Source: an uncultured Mageeibacillus sp.
GTDB lineage: Bacteria; Bacillota; Clostridia; Saccharofermentanales; DTU023
Direction of reading: 5' to 3'
DNA length: 64,000 bases
NCBI GenBank assembly: GCA_964606165.1
Contig: CAZSFQ010000003.1
Span: 64,322 to 128,321 of the forward strand
Shown here: in pieces, positions 54,429-64,000 of the stretch
Layout: every line of letters starts with the position of its first letter
Position numbering within the stretch: the stretch's first letter is position 1
Notes under the pieces: generated by a model
Seen by the model: the letters and a program-made list of their open reading frames with translations, nothing else
What the model was told of the DNA's origin: nothing
Databases searched by the model: none
Position numbers and translations under genes: made by a program

Positions 54429-56753
54429 TCAGGGCCAGGGATTTTCTTTCATGTAAGTCAAGTAGGGTTCGTTGATTGCGGTCCAATCTTCTTCAGTTAA
54501 CAGATCTTTGTAATAATCCGAATCAATGACGACCCGGGCCGTATCGTAGCGCAGTTTGACCTCGCGGTTGATAAGCTCGATGTAGGCTGCCTGGTCATCC
54601 AGCTCCTGGCCTTGGTGGAGGGTGAAGGTTCCGGTCGCGGCATTGTAGCGCCCTTTTTCCGTGATCCAGCTTCGCCCGAGGAATATGGCCAGGGCTTCCG
54701 TGTCGGAGAAGATGTCGCGTCCTGAGAAAAATCTGGAGTCGTAGGGGACACCCATGTAGTTGTAAATTGTCGGAAGCAGATCCAGGCTGGTGCAGTACTT
54801 GTCGACAACTTCCGGTTCGATCCCGTCATGGTAAAACAAGGCGCAGCTTTCGTAGATGTCAAAAACCTTGTCAAGGCTCTTTCCCGCCAGGGCCTCGTAA
54901 CTGGAGTGTTCTTCGAGGGCATAGGGATAATGGTCGGGGTTGATGACAATCAGGGTCCTGTCCGCAATGCCGGCATCTCTCAGCTGCCGCATCAGGCTCT
55001 CCATGGCCAGTTCCAGTTCATAGTTGGCGGCCAGGTAGGCGATCCCCTCATGGGGCAGGTCCAGATGCGAGAAGGTGTCCCAGTGACGGGCCGCCATGGC
55101 GTTTCCCATTTTCGTCCAGTTGGCGTGACCACTGACCGTCAGGTAGTAAACGTGGAAGGGTTCCTCGTCCAGGAACTCGAATGCCGTCTTTTCGATCATC
55201 TCCAGATCGGATTCCGGCCAGGTCCGCTTGACCTCCAGCCCGTGGCCCAGCCCCCGGTAATCGTAGCCCAGGTTGGGGTGGGACAGGTCGCGCGCGTAGT
55301 AATTCCAGGTGTGGTTGTGCCAGGCGTAAGTCGTATAGCCCAAGCGCTCAAACATCTTGCCGGGCACCATGGCCATGTCATTTTTATGGGCTTCCTTCAA
55401 GGTCCAGACACCCTGCTTGGGTATCATGCCGCAAAGCCCGGCATATTCACCGTCCAGGGTCGATACGGTCCACACCGGCACATAGAAATTCTCGAAGTAA
55501 ACCCCCTGGTGATACATTTGCCAAAGTGTCGGGGTCAATTCCTCGTCGATGCAGTATTTGGAAAAACTCTCGGCCGTCACAAAGATCAGGTTGAAGCCCT
55601 TGCCCCGCCCCGTATGGTCATTTGTATAGGAGGGCTCTGTCCGAGAAAAGACCAGGTCCAGATAACGGACCAGGTCAGCCCTGGTTTTCCCCATCAGGAT
55701 GGGGGCTGCGTTGTCCTCGGAGACATAGTCTTCGAGCCGTGCATCATAATCAATGGGCAGGACATTGGGGGCCCGCACAAAGACATCATCCGGCTCCGTT
55801 TCGAGAGGACCCGGCAAAGACTGGTCCGGCTCGGTCATCCAGGGCGGATCAATGGGATCCGGGATCAAATCATCCGGTACCAGCGCGCTTCGGGGGTACA
55901 CTATGTGGCTGACGTCGACTCCCATGGCGGACAGGAGGCCAAACTGATTGGTCCCGGTCAGGATCTCGTTTTCGAGAAAATAGTGTTCCCAGGGGCTGTT
56001 AAGCGAACGGTCAAAGGCCATGACGCCGACGGTCGCCCCGAAGAGGACAAAAGCGGCAGCCAGCGCGGCCAGCACCTCCGGCCATCTTTTTTTTCTTCCG
56101 GCGCAGTCAGTGTCAACTCGCTTCTTCACGAAGACGTAATAGATGGATATAGGGGAGAGCATGAGGACAAACCAGGGTGTATTGCGGAGAATCTTGATTA
56201 CAATATCCTCCATAAATTGCAGCACCTGGCCGCCGTGGCCGATTGAGTAAACGACGAAAAAAGTCCGGAAGAATTTATAGTAAACAAGCTGTGCCGCGTA
56301 AATGAAGGGAAAGATAAATAAAAGCGCGTAGGTGGCGGCGTTGCGGACTTTTTGAGGTAAAACCCGTAAAAGGGCAGACAGGATCACCGCCCGGACCAGA
56401 CAAAACAAAGTCAGATAGAGAAGGCCGATGGTGAAAAAGGGACCGTCCACATTGATGCGGAGCACAATCTCACTGATCAACTGGGCGGCAAAGAGTATCA
56501 CAACCAGATGAAGACCACAAGACAGACGTCCCCGCCAGCCCCCGTCAAGCGGATTGGCAAAATCCTCGGCGGGCAAGGCGGCCCGCAAAATAAAATCGGG
56601 GCGGTTGACAAGCGGGCGGCGCATGTTCCGCACTCCCTGTTCTGGCTCCACGGTTTCACCGCGCGACGCTGCCGCCTTTAATTCATCAAGGCGGCCGTCA
56701 CTTTCGTGGTTACGGTTCTCCCGCGTCTTCCCGCCCTTTGATTGAAAACTCAT
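54429..56753 (-). CDS. LTA-synthase / sulfatase-family membrane protein (LtaS-like)
   Basis: Five or more N-terminal TM helices and an extracellular alkaline-phosphatase-superfamily domain (FVTAESFS, SGHANW). The ATG at 56753 has an AGGAGG RBS. Confidence 0.75.
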   Translation of the reverse strand: MSFQSKGGKTRENRNHESDGRLDELKAAASRGETVEPEQGVRNMRRPLVNRPDFILRAALPAEDFANPLDGGWRGRLSCGLHLVVILFAAQLISEIVLRINVDGPFFTIGLLYLTLFCLVRAVILSALLRVLPQKVRNAATYALLFIFPFIYAAQLVYYKFFRTFFVVYSIGHGGQVLQFMEDIVIKILRNTPWFVLMLSPISIYYVFVKKRVDTDCAGRKKRWPEVLAALAAAFVLFGATVGVMAFDRSLNSPWEHYFLENEILTGTNQFGLLSAMGVDVSHIVYPRSALVPDDLIPDPIDPPWMTEPDQSLPGPLETEPDDVFVRAPNVLPIDYDARLEDYVSEDNAAPILMGKTRADLVRYLDLVFSRTEPSYTNDHTGRGKGFNLIFVTAESFSKYCIDEELTPTLWQMYHQGVYFENFYVPVWTVSTLDGEYAGLCGMIPKQGVWTLKEAHKNDMAMVPGKMFERLGYTTYAWHNHTWNYYARDLSHPNLGYDYRGLGHGLEVKRTWPESDLEMIEKTAFEFLDEEPFHVYYLTVSGHANWTKMGNAMAARHWDTFSHLDLPHEGIAYLAANYELELAMESLMRQLRDAGIADRTLIVINPDHYPYALEEHSSYEALAGKSLDKVFDIYESCALFYHDGIEPEVVDKYCTSLDLLPTIYNYMGVPYDSRFFSGRDIFSDTEALAIFLGRSWITEKGRYNAATGTFTLHQGQELDDQAAYIELINREVKLRYDTARVVIDSDYYKDLLTEEDWTAINEPYLTYMKENPWP

Positions 56754-56793
56754 CCAAGAGCCTCCTGTTACCCGACAATGATAGCACAGCACT

Positions 56794-58284
56794 CTAGGGT
56801 GCGGATGGGAAAATGGTGTCCTCATAGACGACCTGTTCCGGTACCGGAACGTCGACAATCAGGATATCACTCCCGCCGTACTGATCCTTGAAGCTGGAAA
56901 TGAGATCCAGTTCGACATCCCCGTGGAAGCGCAGGTTGATCTCCCGGAAATCCTCCACCGCGGGGCGGTCATACATGATCTCTTCGACGACGTAAAGAAG
57001 GTAAAGCGTCGAGTTCACCCTGTCACCTTTCTCGTAAAAGGACTGATAGGGGACAGCCTCCTGACAGCTGCCATTTACGACGGCCTTGTAAAGGATGGCA
57101 AAAAAGTTGCGGGCGCGGTCAGTCTGGTCATAACCGTAGAACAAACGGGTAACACCTGCCTGATAGCTGTAGTCCCAACGGCTGACTGGCTGGCCTGTCC
57201 TGAAGTCGTCGTTCCAGTAGTTCATGTCAAGCCTGGCTGTCACATCCTGCTCAAGCCAGGGGGCGATCTGATCGAACAAGGGCATCAGATCCACGCCATC
57301 CAGATTCCTGGGGTATTCTTTCAGGCCGCTGACAAGATACTCCTTTGTCAGCCGCTCCACTTTCAGTCCCTGGCCGGCAAACCATTCCGTATCGGCAATG
57401 GCTTCAACTATGACCCTTTCGCCATTGGAAAGTCCCGCTGAAGGCAGCGCGGTAAAACGGACAGGCACTCCACCCTGAAGGCCGCCCTCAACCCAGTCGG
57501 CAGGCAAGCGGGTGGTGTCAAAGCTGATAATGCCCTGGTCGCTGACACCGTCAAAAATCAAGACCAGGTTCTCAAACAGATCGACCTGGACCAGGGGCGG
57601 GAGTCCCGACACTTCAAAGGACAAATTGGTCTCGCGCGCGATCTTTCCCCTGGCGGTCAGGATCCGGTTGTCGGGGATCACTTTCAGCTCGACCAAATCG
57701 CCGTTTGACAGATCGGTGTTGCCGCGGGTGAAAACAAATTCGAAGCCCTGCTTGAAGCGGTCGACATCGCCTGACAATGAGACCGAGGCCTGGCCCCGCC
57801 CGTCATAACCCGAAAAAGCAAGTTCCACATCCTCTTTGACATCAATCGGCACTGCCTCCTTGAGGCCTTCGACTGTGTATTTGAAGCGGACATTCCGGAA
57901 ACGGACACCTGCCTCCTTTGCCAGCTGATGATCGTAGTCAGCGCGGATGGTCACCTCGTCGCCGTTTTTCAAACCCACTGTTCTGTCGGGAGTAAAAACC
58001 AGCGAACTGAGCACGGCTTCGCGTTGAAAGAGGCGTTGAAATCCTTTTTCGTCATGCTCGTCAAGCCTGTCTGACGCCTCATCAAGCAAAGCGCGTATCA
58101 CGGATTCATCCGGGCCGACAGAGATGGCAGCGAAGCCATCCGCCCCGGTTACTTGCACAAGAGCCATTTCCCTGGCGTCATAAGTCTGCGAACTGCATGA
58201 AGCGGTCAAAATCAGGCCAAGGGCCAGAATCAGGATTAAAACAAGTGTGCGTTTCAAGCGCATCCCTCCATCCCCGCCTGCCAA
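56794..58284 (-). CDS. Lipoprotein; function unknown
   Basis: Signal peptide with lipobox LTASC. No motif recognised in the remaining ~470 aa. An alternative start is at 58263. Confidence 0.6.
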   Translation of the reverse strand: MAGGDGGMRLKRTLVLILILALGLILTASCSSQTYDAREMALVQVTGADGFAAISVGPDESVIRALLDEASDRLDEHDEKGFQRLFQREAVLSSLVFTPDRTVGLKNGDEVTIRADYDHQLAKEAGVRFRNVRFKYTVEGLKEAVPIDVKEDVELAFSGYDGRGQASVSLSGDVDRFKQGFEFVFTRGNTDLSNGDLVELKVIPDNRILTARGKIARETNLSFEVSGLPPLVQVDLFENLVLIFDGVSDQGIISFDTTRLPADWVEGGLQGGVPVRFTALPSAGLSNGERVIVEAIADTEWFAGQGLKVERLTKEYLVSGLKEYPRNLDGVDLMPLFDQIAPWLEQDVTARLDMNYWNDDFRTGQPVSRWDYSYQAGVTRLFYGYDQTDRARNFFAILYKAVVNGSCQEAVPYQSFYEKGDRVNSTLYLLYVVEEIMYDRPAVEDFREINLRFHGDVELDLISSFKDQYGGSDILIVDVPVPEQVVYEDTIFPSAP

Positions 58285-58440
58285 AGACGGGCCTCATTAT
58301 TGTCGGACATTTTAATTCTTCTTTCAAGTGATCACTTCCCCGGACTTCCCTGGCAGTATCTGACCGTGATCCGACTGCCCTTCTGCTAGAATGAAAAAAC
58401 AGGAGCAAGTACCGGCCCGGATGATTGCGAAGACGACAAA

Positions 58441-61400
58441 ATGACTTCCCGACTGACAGACGACCAGCGGCTTGCCGTCGATTTTGACCGGCCGGCAAAC
58501 CTGCTCATCTCCGCTGCGGCAGGATCGGGCAAGACGACCACCCTGACTGAACGGATCGTTGAGCGGATGATCCAGGGAAAGGTTGCCCCCTCCCAGCTAC
58601 TTGTCATCACTTTCACCGAATTGGCCGCCAAGGACCTGAAAGTAAAAATCTCATCCCGCTTCCGAAGGCTGCGGGATCAGGCATCCAGCCGGGAAGAGAG
58701 ACGGCGTTTCGATCAGTTGGCCGGCGAGTTGGATCTGGCTCAAATCTCGACTATTCACGCTTTTTGCAATCGGGTGCTTGGCGCGCACCTGTCCAGTTTC
58801 TGTGATGAAAACGGTCAGACTCTCCTTGAGCCGGGCTACGGGATCCTGGAGGGAGCGCAGGAAACAAGGCTGCTTGAGGAATCCATCGATGCCGTCCTGT
58901 CGGACCTGTACGCCAGAATTGACGCCTGCCATACCATGCAGGAATCCTGGTGCAGGGAAGAACCCGCGCCCCTGATCCTGACGGGCGAAGAGATCAGTCT
59001 CCTCGATTGGCTTTCCGGTTTTCAAGCCATTTCCCTGGCCTATTCCCCGGATCTCGACGACAGGGCTTTTCGGGAAGCCATTGTCCAGATGCTGGAACAG
59101 CTGCGAAACTTGCCGGATTATCGGGAATTGGCCCGGACAAAAACCCATGAACTCCTTCACCGGGCCCGGGCTTTCCCCCTGTCTGATGATTTCGCGGCCG
59201 GTTACTGGTGGGATCTTTTCGAAGAAGCCTTGGGCATGGCCCGCCAGACCCTTGACGATATTGAGTCTTCCCCCGCCTTGATCAGAGAATTCCAGGACTC
59301 CAAACTTGTCACCGACCAACAGATGCTGAATGTGGTTGATGTGGTGTCCGCCCTGGTTACCCGCCTTGAAGAGTCATCCGGCCGCAGCGCTGCCCGGTGG
59401 GATGAGATAGTCGAAGCCGGCCGGCAGATGGATCCGGTTCAATTCCCAAGATCTGTGCATGCGGGCAAGGATCCTGTAAAAAAGGAGATCAAAGAGGACT
59501 TCGTTTATATGTGCCGCGCCGGTTTTTTGCCCTTGGTCGGCCTTGTCAGCGACCAGATCAAGCGCGGTTCAAGCAGGGACGCATCCTTTATCACCGGATA
59601 CCCTGCCATCTTCACCACAAGAATTGAGGCAATCCGCAATGATCTTGAAAGATCCGCGCAAGCCGTCGCCCGTTTCATGGAAGTCGTCCTTTTGCTGGAC
59701 CAGGAGTTCAAGCGGCGCCGTTTCGGGATGAACGCCATTCAGTTCAGCGACATCGAACATGGCGCCCACCAACTGTTGAAGCAGGCGGAAATCAGGGAGG
59801 TCTACCTGTCAAAATTCAAAGAGATTTATGTCGATGAATATCAGGATACCAGCAGCATCCAGGATGCCATCATCCGGGGGATTGCCCAAGACAACCTGCT
59901 CATGGTCGGTGATATTAAGCAAAGCATCTATCGCTTCCGATACGCCAACCCCGATCTTTTTGCCGGACACCAGGACAGCTCCTGTCTTGTCAAGGCCAAT
60001 GAAGCGCCCCCTGCCCTGGATTCACGGCAAAGCGGTTATCTGGCCCTTCTCAACCGCTGTTTTCGCTCCCGGCCGCCGATAATCGGCTTCATCAACGATT
60101 TTTTCAGCTCATTTCTGACAAAACAATCAGGTGAAATTGACTACGATGAGACTCAGCAGCTTTTCGCCGATGACCAAAAATGGCGCCTCCTCGATGAAGA
60201 GGAAGGAAGCACCTTCCCCGCCAATGTCGTCTTGGAAATCGCGACGGGGGTGAAGGCTGAAGCCGGCATCTTGGAAGCCGATATCGCCGCCATGTCCCCC
60301 GCAGCCCGTGAAGGCCTGATGGCACTCCGGGTCATTGGTGAGCTGCGGCGCAAAGGTGTGCCTTATGACAGGATTGCCATCCTTCTTCCGACCAATGAAA
60401 ACTGCCGCGATTGCGAGGAGGTCTTAGTCCAATACGGCATCCCGGTCACCACCAGGTCTGGTGAAATGTATCCGGATAACCTGGTTTTCCGCCAACTTGA
60501 GGCACTTTTTTCCGTCCTTGACAACCCCAGGCAGGATTTCGCCCTCCTCTCCGTCCTGCTCGGACCATTCGCGCCCCAAGCCTGGTCAGGTGAAGAGCTG
60601 GTCCAGGTCGCCCGTCTTTCGCTGGATGACGCGGTTCCAAAGATTGAGGGCGGGGTGAAAAAGCGGCAATTATTTTTCCATGACCGCTTCTTCCGTCTCT
60701 GCGAATCCGCAGATCATCCCCTGGCAAAAAAAGCCGAAGTCTTTATTAACCGGATTGAACGATGGCGATTCCTGGCGCAGGAACTCAGTTTCCGCGGCCT
60801 GCTCGATCTGATCTTTTTTGAAACGGATTACCCCGAATATATCGCCCAGGCAACTTTTGGCGAAAGCTACACAGCAGAATTGGACAAATTGCTTGACTTC
60901 GCGGCAGAGCCCGACACTGACACTCTGCCGGGCATACGGGGAGCTTTGCGAAAAATGAAGGAGATGATGAAGGCGGACACGGCCAGGGCTAAACCAAAAA
61001 CAGCCCTTCTCCCCGGCGCTGTCCGCGTGCTGACCCGGCACAGCAGCAAGGGTCTCGAGTGGGATTACGTCATTCTTGGCAGGCTGGATTTGAACTGGAG
61101 AACCCGGAAAACGAAACCGGTCATTCTTTTGTCCGAACATGAAGGGCTCTCCTGCGCGACCATTGCCGGGGACGGGATGACAGTCGTCAACAATCCCTTG
61201 CATGAGGCAGCGCTTATCGCCGAAGCCAACCGGGACAGAGCGGAAGCCTGGCGCTTACTTTATGTCGCCATGACGCGCGCAATCCACGGCCTTTACCTGC
61301 TCTGGCCCGTGGATCAGCCGTCGCTCGGAGACAAGCCGGCCTACGCCGGTATCATGGATACAATCCGGCGCCAGACGGAAGATCTGGATCATAAGGAACG

Positions 61401-62496
61401 GGCCTGCCGCGCCATCATTCCCCACAAGGTGACAGCGAAGTTGAAAAATGACGCGGAACTCTTCCTGGCTTATTTGGCCGCCAGATACCCGGCCCTGGCC
61501 CGGCAAATCACTTCCTTGACCGGAGAGTCACCGCCCCGGTCCCTGGATGCGGGATTGCCACCGGTCATCCAGGCCGTGCATATCACCCCCTGGGAGGAGC
61601 TTGTCCGGGACGCGTCGACGCTTCAGCAGGACGGGCCCGTTGACAAGCACGAAGATACCAGCCTTTTCGCCCTGGGAAAAGACGACCATTCTTCCGGAGA
61701 GGCAGTATGGACACCCCTCCAACTTCTCAGAGCCGAGATCCCTTTCCGGGAAGCCGCCGTGACCCCGGCCAAGGTGACCGTTACCGAGCTGCAGCGTCTG
61801 GGCCTGGAAGCGCAAACAGGCCTTCAAGGCCTTGATACGGTACATGAACCCTTATGGGAGCTCAGCGGAAACAGTGCGTCGGCAAAGCTCGAAAAAGCGG
61901 ATATGCCCCTGACACTGCGCACAAAAGAAGAAAGGTCTGAAGACAGGGGAGCCCGGCTTGGAACAACCATGCACCTTGTTTTTCAATTTCTAGATCCCCG
62001 TCTCTTGCGGGGCAAAGACTTTGATGCAGCCGTTCAAATTTACAGGGAGCAGCTCGATCAACTGGTAAGTGCCCGCACCTTAACGGATAACCAGCGCCAT
62101 GCCGCCCTTTCTTTCGCGGACAAGGCAGTCAGCTGGGCGGATAGCGACCTTGCCGGCCGCCTTTTAAGGGTTGAAGATACAAGCGGAAAAGTTTACCGGG
62201 AGATGCCTTTTGCACTCGCCCTCCCCTCGAGCCGGCTGGATCCGGCCTTCCCCCCTGACGAGACCAGCCTGGTTCAGGGCATGATTGACTTGTGGTTTGT
62301 GGAAGAGGACGGCCAGGCTGTTCTGGTTGACTTCAAAACGGATCGCCTGACAGCTGGCGGTGACGACTGGCTTCGGCAACGCTATGGAATTCAGATCGAT
62401 TTCTACACCGAGGCGATTTCGCAGGCGACGGGACGGCGTGTCAAGGAGCGGGTCGTTTGGCTGATCCGCGAGGCACGACCGGTCGCCTTTCCATAA
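58441..62496 (+). CDS. addA: Helicase-exonuclease AddAB, subunit AddA (UvrD/Rep helicase plus RecB nuclease)
   Basis: 1351 aa. LISAAAGSGKTTTL Walker A, DEYQDTS, a UvrD C-terminal domain and a C-terminal PD-(D/E)xK nuclease (GMIDLWF...LVDFKTD). Confidence 0.9.
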   Translation: MTSRLTDDQRLAVDFDRPANLLISAAAGSGKTTTLTERIVERMIQGKVAPSQLLVITFTELAAKDLKVKISSRFRRLRDQASSREERRRFDQLAGELDLAQISTIHAFCNRVLGAHLSSFCDENGQTLLEPGYGILEGAQETRLLEESIDAVLSDLYARIDACHTMQESWCREEPAPLILTGEEISLLDWLSGFQAISLAYSPDLDDRAFREAIVQMLEQLRNLPDYRELARTKTHELLHRARAFPLSDDFAAGYWWDLFEEALGMARQTLDDIESSPALIREFQDSKLVTDQQMLNVVDVVSALVTRLEESSGRSAARWDEIVEAGRQMDPVQFPRSVHAGKDPVKKEIKEDFVYMCRAGFLPLVGLVSDQIKRGSSRDASFITGYPAIFTTRIEAIRNDLERSAQAVARFMEVVLLLDQEFKRRRFGMNAIQFSDIEHGAHQLLKQAEIREVYLSKFKEIYVDEYQDTSSIQDAIIRGIAQDNLLMVGDIKQSIYRFRYANPDLFAGHQDSSCLVKANEAPPALDSRQSGYLALLNRCFRSRPPIIGFINDFFSSFLTKQSGEIDYDETQQLFADDQKWRLLDEEEGSTFPANVVLEIATGVKAEAGILEADIAAMSPAAREGLMALRVIGELRRKGVPYDRIAILLPTNENCRDCEEVLVQYGIPVTTRSGEMYPDNLVFRQLEALFSVLDNPRQDFALLSVLLGPFAPQAWSGEELVQVARLSLDDAVPKIEGGVKKRQLFFHDRFFRLCESADHPLAKKAEVFINRIERWRFLAQELSFRGLLDLIFFETDYPEYIAQATFGESYTAELDKLLDFAAEPDTDTLPGIRGALRKMKEMMKADTARAKPKTALLPGAVRVLTRHSSKGLEWDYVILGRLDLNWRTRKTKPVILLSEHEGLSCATIAGDGMTVVNNPLHEAALIAEANRDRAEAWRLLYVAMTRAIHGLYLLWPVDQPSLGDKPAYAGIMDTIRRQTEDLDHKERACRAIIPHKVTAKLKNDAELFLAYLAARYPALARQITSLTGESPPRSLDAGLPPVIQAVHITPWEELVRDASTLQQDGPVDKHEDTSLFALGKDDHSSGEAVWTPLQLLRAEIPFREAAVTPAKVTVTELQRLGLEAQTGLQGLDTVHEPLWELSGNSASAKLEKADMPLTLRTKEERSEDRGARLGTTMHLVFQFLDPRLLRGKDFDAAVQIYREQLDQLVSARTLTDNQRHAALSFADKAVSWADSDLAGRLLRVEDTSGKVYREMPFALALPSSRLDPAFPPDETSLVQGMIDLWFVEEDGQAVLVDFKTDRLTAGGDDWLRQRYGIQIDFYTEAISQATGRRVKERVVWLIREARPVAFP

Positions 62497-62579
62497 ACCT
62501 GCCCTGCTGTCAATGCCGTTCCATCCAAAATATTCAAATATAAGCCGCTCATCTTCATCCTATTGCCTGCCTCGATAAC

Positions 62580-62608
62580 TTGACAAACGGGGTGCCCTTG
62601 CATATTGT
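62580..62608 (+). promoter_or_regulatory. Sigma-70-type promoter upstream of the DUF4190-like gene
   Basis: TTGACA (62580-62585), a 17-nt spacer, then TATTGT (62603-62608). Confidence 0.5.
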
Positions 62609-62672
62609 TTATGAGAAGGGGAAACGGTTGTAGGAAATTCGTTTCCGTATTTTTATTAGACGGAGGAGACAC

Positions 62673-63029
62673 ATGGAAAACAATACGCAATATCAGCAAC
62701 CGCCCGGCGGCTACGTCCCGCCCCCGGCACCACCCGCGCAGACGAACGGAATGGCCATCGCGGCTCTCGTTTGCGGCGTCCTTGGCATTGTCGGATCCTT
62801 TATTCCCGTCGTCATGTACTTTACGGCTGTTCTGGCCGTCCTGGGGATTATCTTCGGGGTCATGGGAATGAAGAAGGCAAAGCAAATCGGAGCGGGCAAC
62901 GGGCTCGCGATCGCGGGACTTGTCCTAGGGATCGTCGGCACCATTTTTGCCCTTGTCGGGATCATCTGCACCGCTTCCGTGGCCTGCGCCCTCAAGAAGG
63001 GTTTTGACGCCCTCGGTGCCTTAGGCTAA
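62673..63029 (+). CDS. Small DUF4190-like membrane protein with a Pro-rich N-terminus
   Basis: 118 aa. QQPPGGYVPPPAPP followed by two long hydrophobic segments (GMAIAALVCGVLGIVGSFIP, GLAIAGLVLGIVG). Confidence 0.65.
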   Translation: MENNTQYQQPPGGYVPPPAPPAQTNGMAIAALVCGVLGIVGSFIPVVMYFTAVLAVLGIIFGVMGMKKAKQIGAGNGLAIAGLVLGIVGTIFALVGIICTASVACALKKGFDALGALG

Positions 63030-63165
63030 GTCGTGAGGGGCGCTCAGCTGCCCTGATGACGCGCAATTTGCTAAAAAGAAGAAGGCGCTGCCCAGCGATG
63101 ATCATTCGTCGCCGCGCAGCGCTTTTGACTTGACCGGGTTATGCCCGGTCGAGCGGGAAAATGGT

Positions 63166-63960
63166 ATGCTTCCTTATTTTTACCTGTTTGGAAAGCTGAT
63201 CAGCGTCTATTCCCTCCTCTCCCTGGCGGGAGTCCTGGCAGCGGGCACATTCGCCTACCTGTACGCGAAAAAAACATCGCTGGACGTGATTTCCATGACC
63301 TCCATTTTGCTGGTCGCTGTTTCTGCCGGTTGGGCCGGCAGCCACCTGACTTATGCCCTGGTGAATTTCCAGGAGCTGAAACTCTTTCTCTCAAACCTTG
63401 ACAAGATTCCTTCCTTTGCCGTCTTTCTTCAGTACATGCAGTACCTGTTCGGCGGCGCTGTCTACTACGGAGGCCTTATCACCGGCATCCTGGCCGGCAT
63501 GCTCTACGGAAAGAAGAAAAAACTGGACCTCGATGCCTACTCAGACATCGGGGCAGCGGCGGTTCCTCTTTTTCATGGTTTCGGGCGTATCGGCTGCTTC
63601 TTCGGAGGATGTTGTTACGGCGTCGAATGCAAGATCGGTTTCATATACACCCAGGCGGCTGTCGAGGAAGCGAACGGAGTCAGGCGCTTTCCCATTCAGC
63701 TGGCCGAGGCTTTTTTGAACTTCGCCCTTTTCTTCCTACTGTGGCGGCTCTTGCGAAAATCCCGCTTTTCTGGCAAGCTCCTTTATCTTTACCTTTGCGT
63801 CTACGCACTTATCAGGTTTACCCTGGAATTCTGGAGAGGGGATGAGGCGAGAGGCTTTCTGCTTGGTATTTCGACCTCACAATTCATCAGCATCTTCGTC
63901 TTTCTCTTCGGACTGGCCATGTTTCTGTTCAAAAACAAGCGGCGCGTGAGCAGCTCGTAA
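63166..63960 (+). CDS. lgt: Prolipoprotein diacylglyceryl transferase
   Basis: GRIGCFFGGCCYG signature and RFPIQLAEA. The ATG at 63166 (MLPYFYLFG) fits the family N-terminus; the ORF opens at 63130. Confidence 0.85.
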   Translation: MLPYFYLFGKLISVYSLLSLAGVLAAGTFAYLYAKKTSLDVISMTSILLVAVSAGWAGSHLTYALVNFQELKLFLSNLDKIPSFAVFLQYMQYLFGGAVYYGGLITGILAGMLYGKKKKLDLDAYSDIGAAAVPLFHGFGRIGCFFGGCCYGVECKIGFIYTQAAVEEANGVRRFPIQLAEAFLNFALFFLLWRLLRKSRFSGKLLYLYLCVYALIRFTLEFWRGDEARGFLLGISTSQFISIFVFLFGLAMFLFKNKRRVSSS

Positions 63961-64000
63961 CACACGGTTTATCCACCCTTTCAGGTTGACAAATTGATAG

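Noticed and set aside
1-64000. Mobile elements, prophage genes, CRISPR-Cas, restriction-modification or recognisable phage-defence systems
   Set aside because: None of the translated ORFs shows a transposase, integrase, recombinase, Cas, methyltransferase/endonuclease or known defence-domain signature. No terminal inverted repeats or tRNA-flanked islands were seen.

Overview
This is a chromosomal segment from a high-GC, Gram-positive anaerobe, probably a Clostridia-like Firmicute. The evidence for that is Veg, Rex, AddAB, an LCP protein, an LtaS-like protein and an LPXTG surface protein. I call about 48 protein genes at high coding density. I saw no rRNA, tRNA, CRISPR array, IS element or prophage.

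- **Left third (1-19.7 kb):** mostly housekeeping genes: a family-5 ABC substrate-binding protein, sanA, yebC, yigZ, serS, a tlpA-like gene with ccdA, an LCP gene, dtd, ispE, veg and mnmA. It also holds a lower-GC islet (an XRE regulator plus a degenerate kinase-fold protein) and an operon of acyl-CoA ligase, FucI-fold protein and aminotransferase.
- **Centre (19.8-33.4 kb, minus strand):** an eight-gene cluster of the selenium-linked molybdenum-hydroxylase / ygeW-ygeY-ygfK-ssnA-hyuA-xdhD type, which is associated with anaerobic purine or urate catabolism. It has non-canonical parts. A ~490-aa PALP-fold enzyme sits where YgeX would be expected. A MocA-like domain with degenerate motifs is fused to a ModE-type HTH. 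No FAD subunit, carbamate kinase or yqeB/yqeC is present in the window.
- **Right half:** a 1369-aa vWA-headed LPXTG adhesin with tandem isopeptide domains, pdxS, rex, and a selenium locus (selD, selA, selB). addB and addA are separated by a 4-kb inverted insert. lgt closes the window.

Two things the ORF track misses:
- selD is itself a selenoprotein gene. It has an in-frame UGA at 45673-45675 with a SECIS-like hairpin just downstream.
- A ~470-bp ORF-free region upstream of mnmA has its own promoter, nested helices and a terminator-like hairpin. Its 3' part resembles, from my memory of the motif, the glutamine-binding glnA RNA core.

All calls rest on reading motifs in the translated ORFs and the DNA by eye. 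No searches were run.
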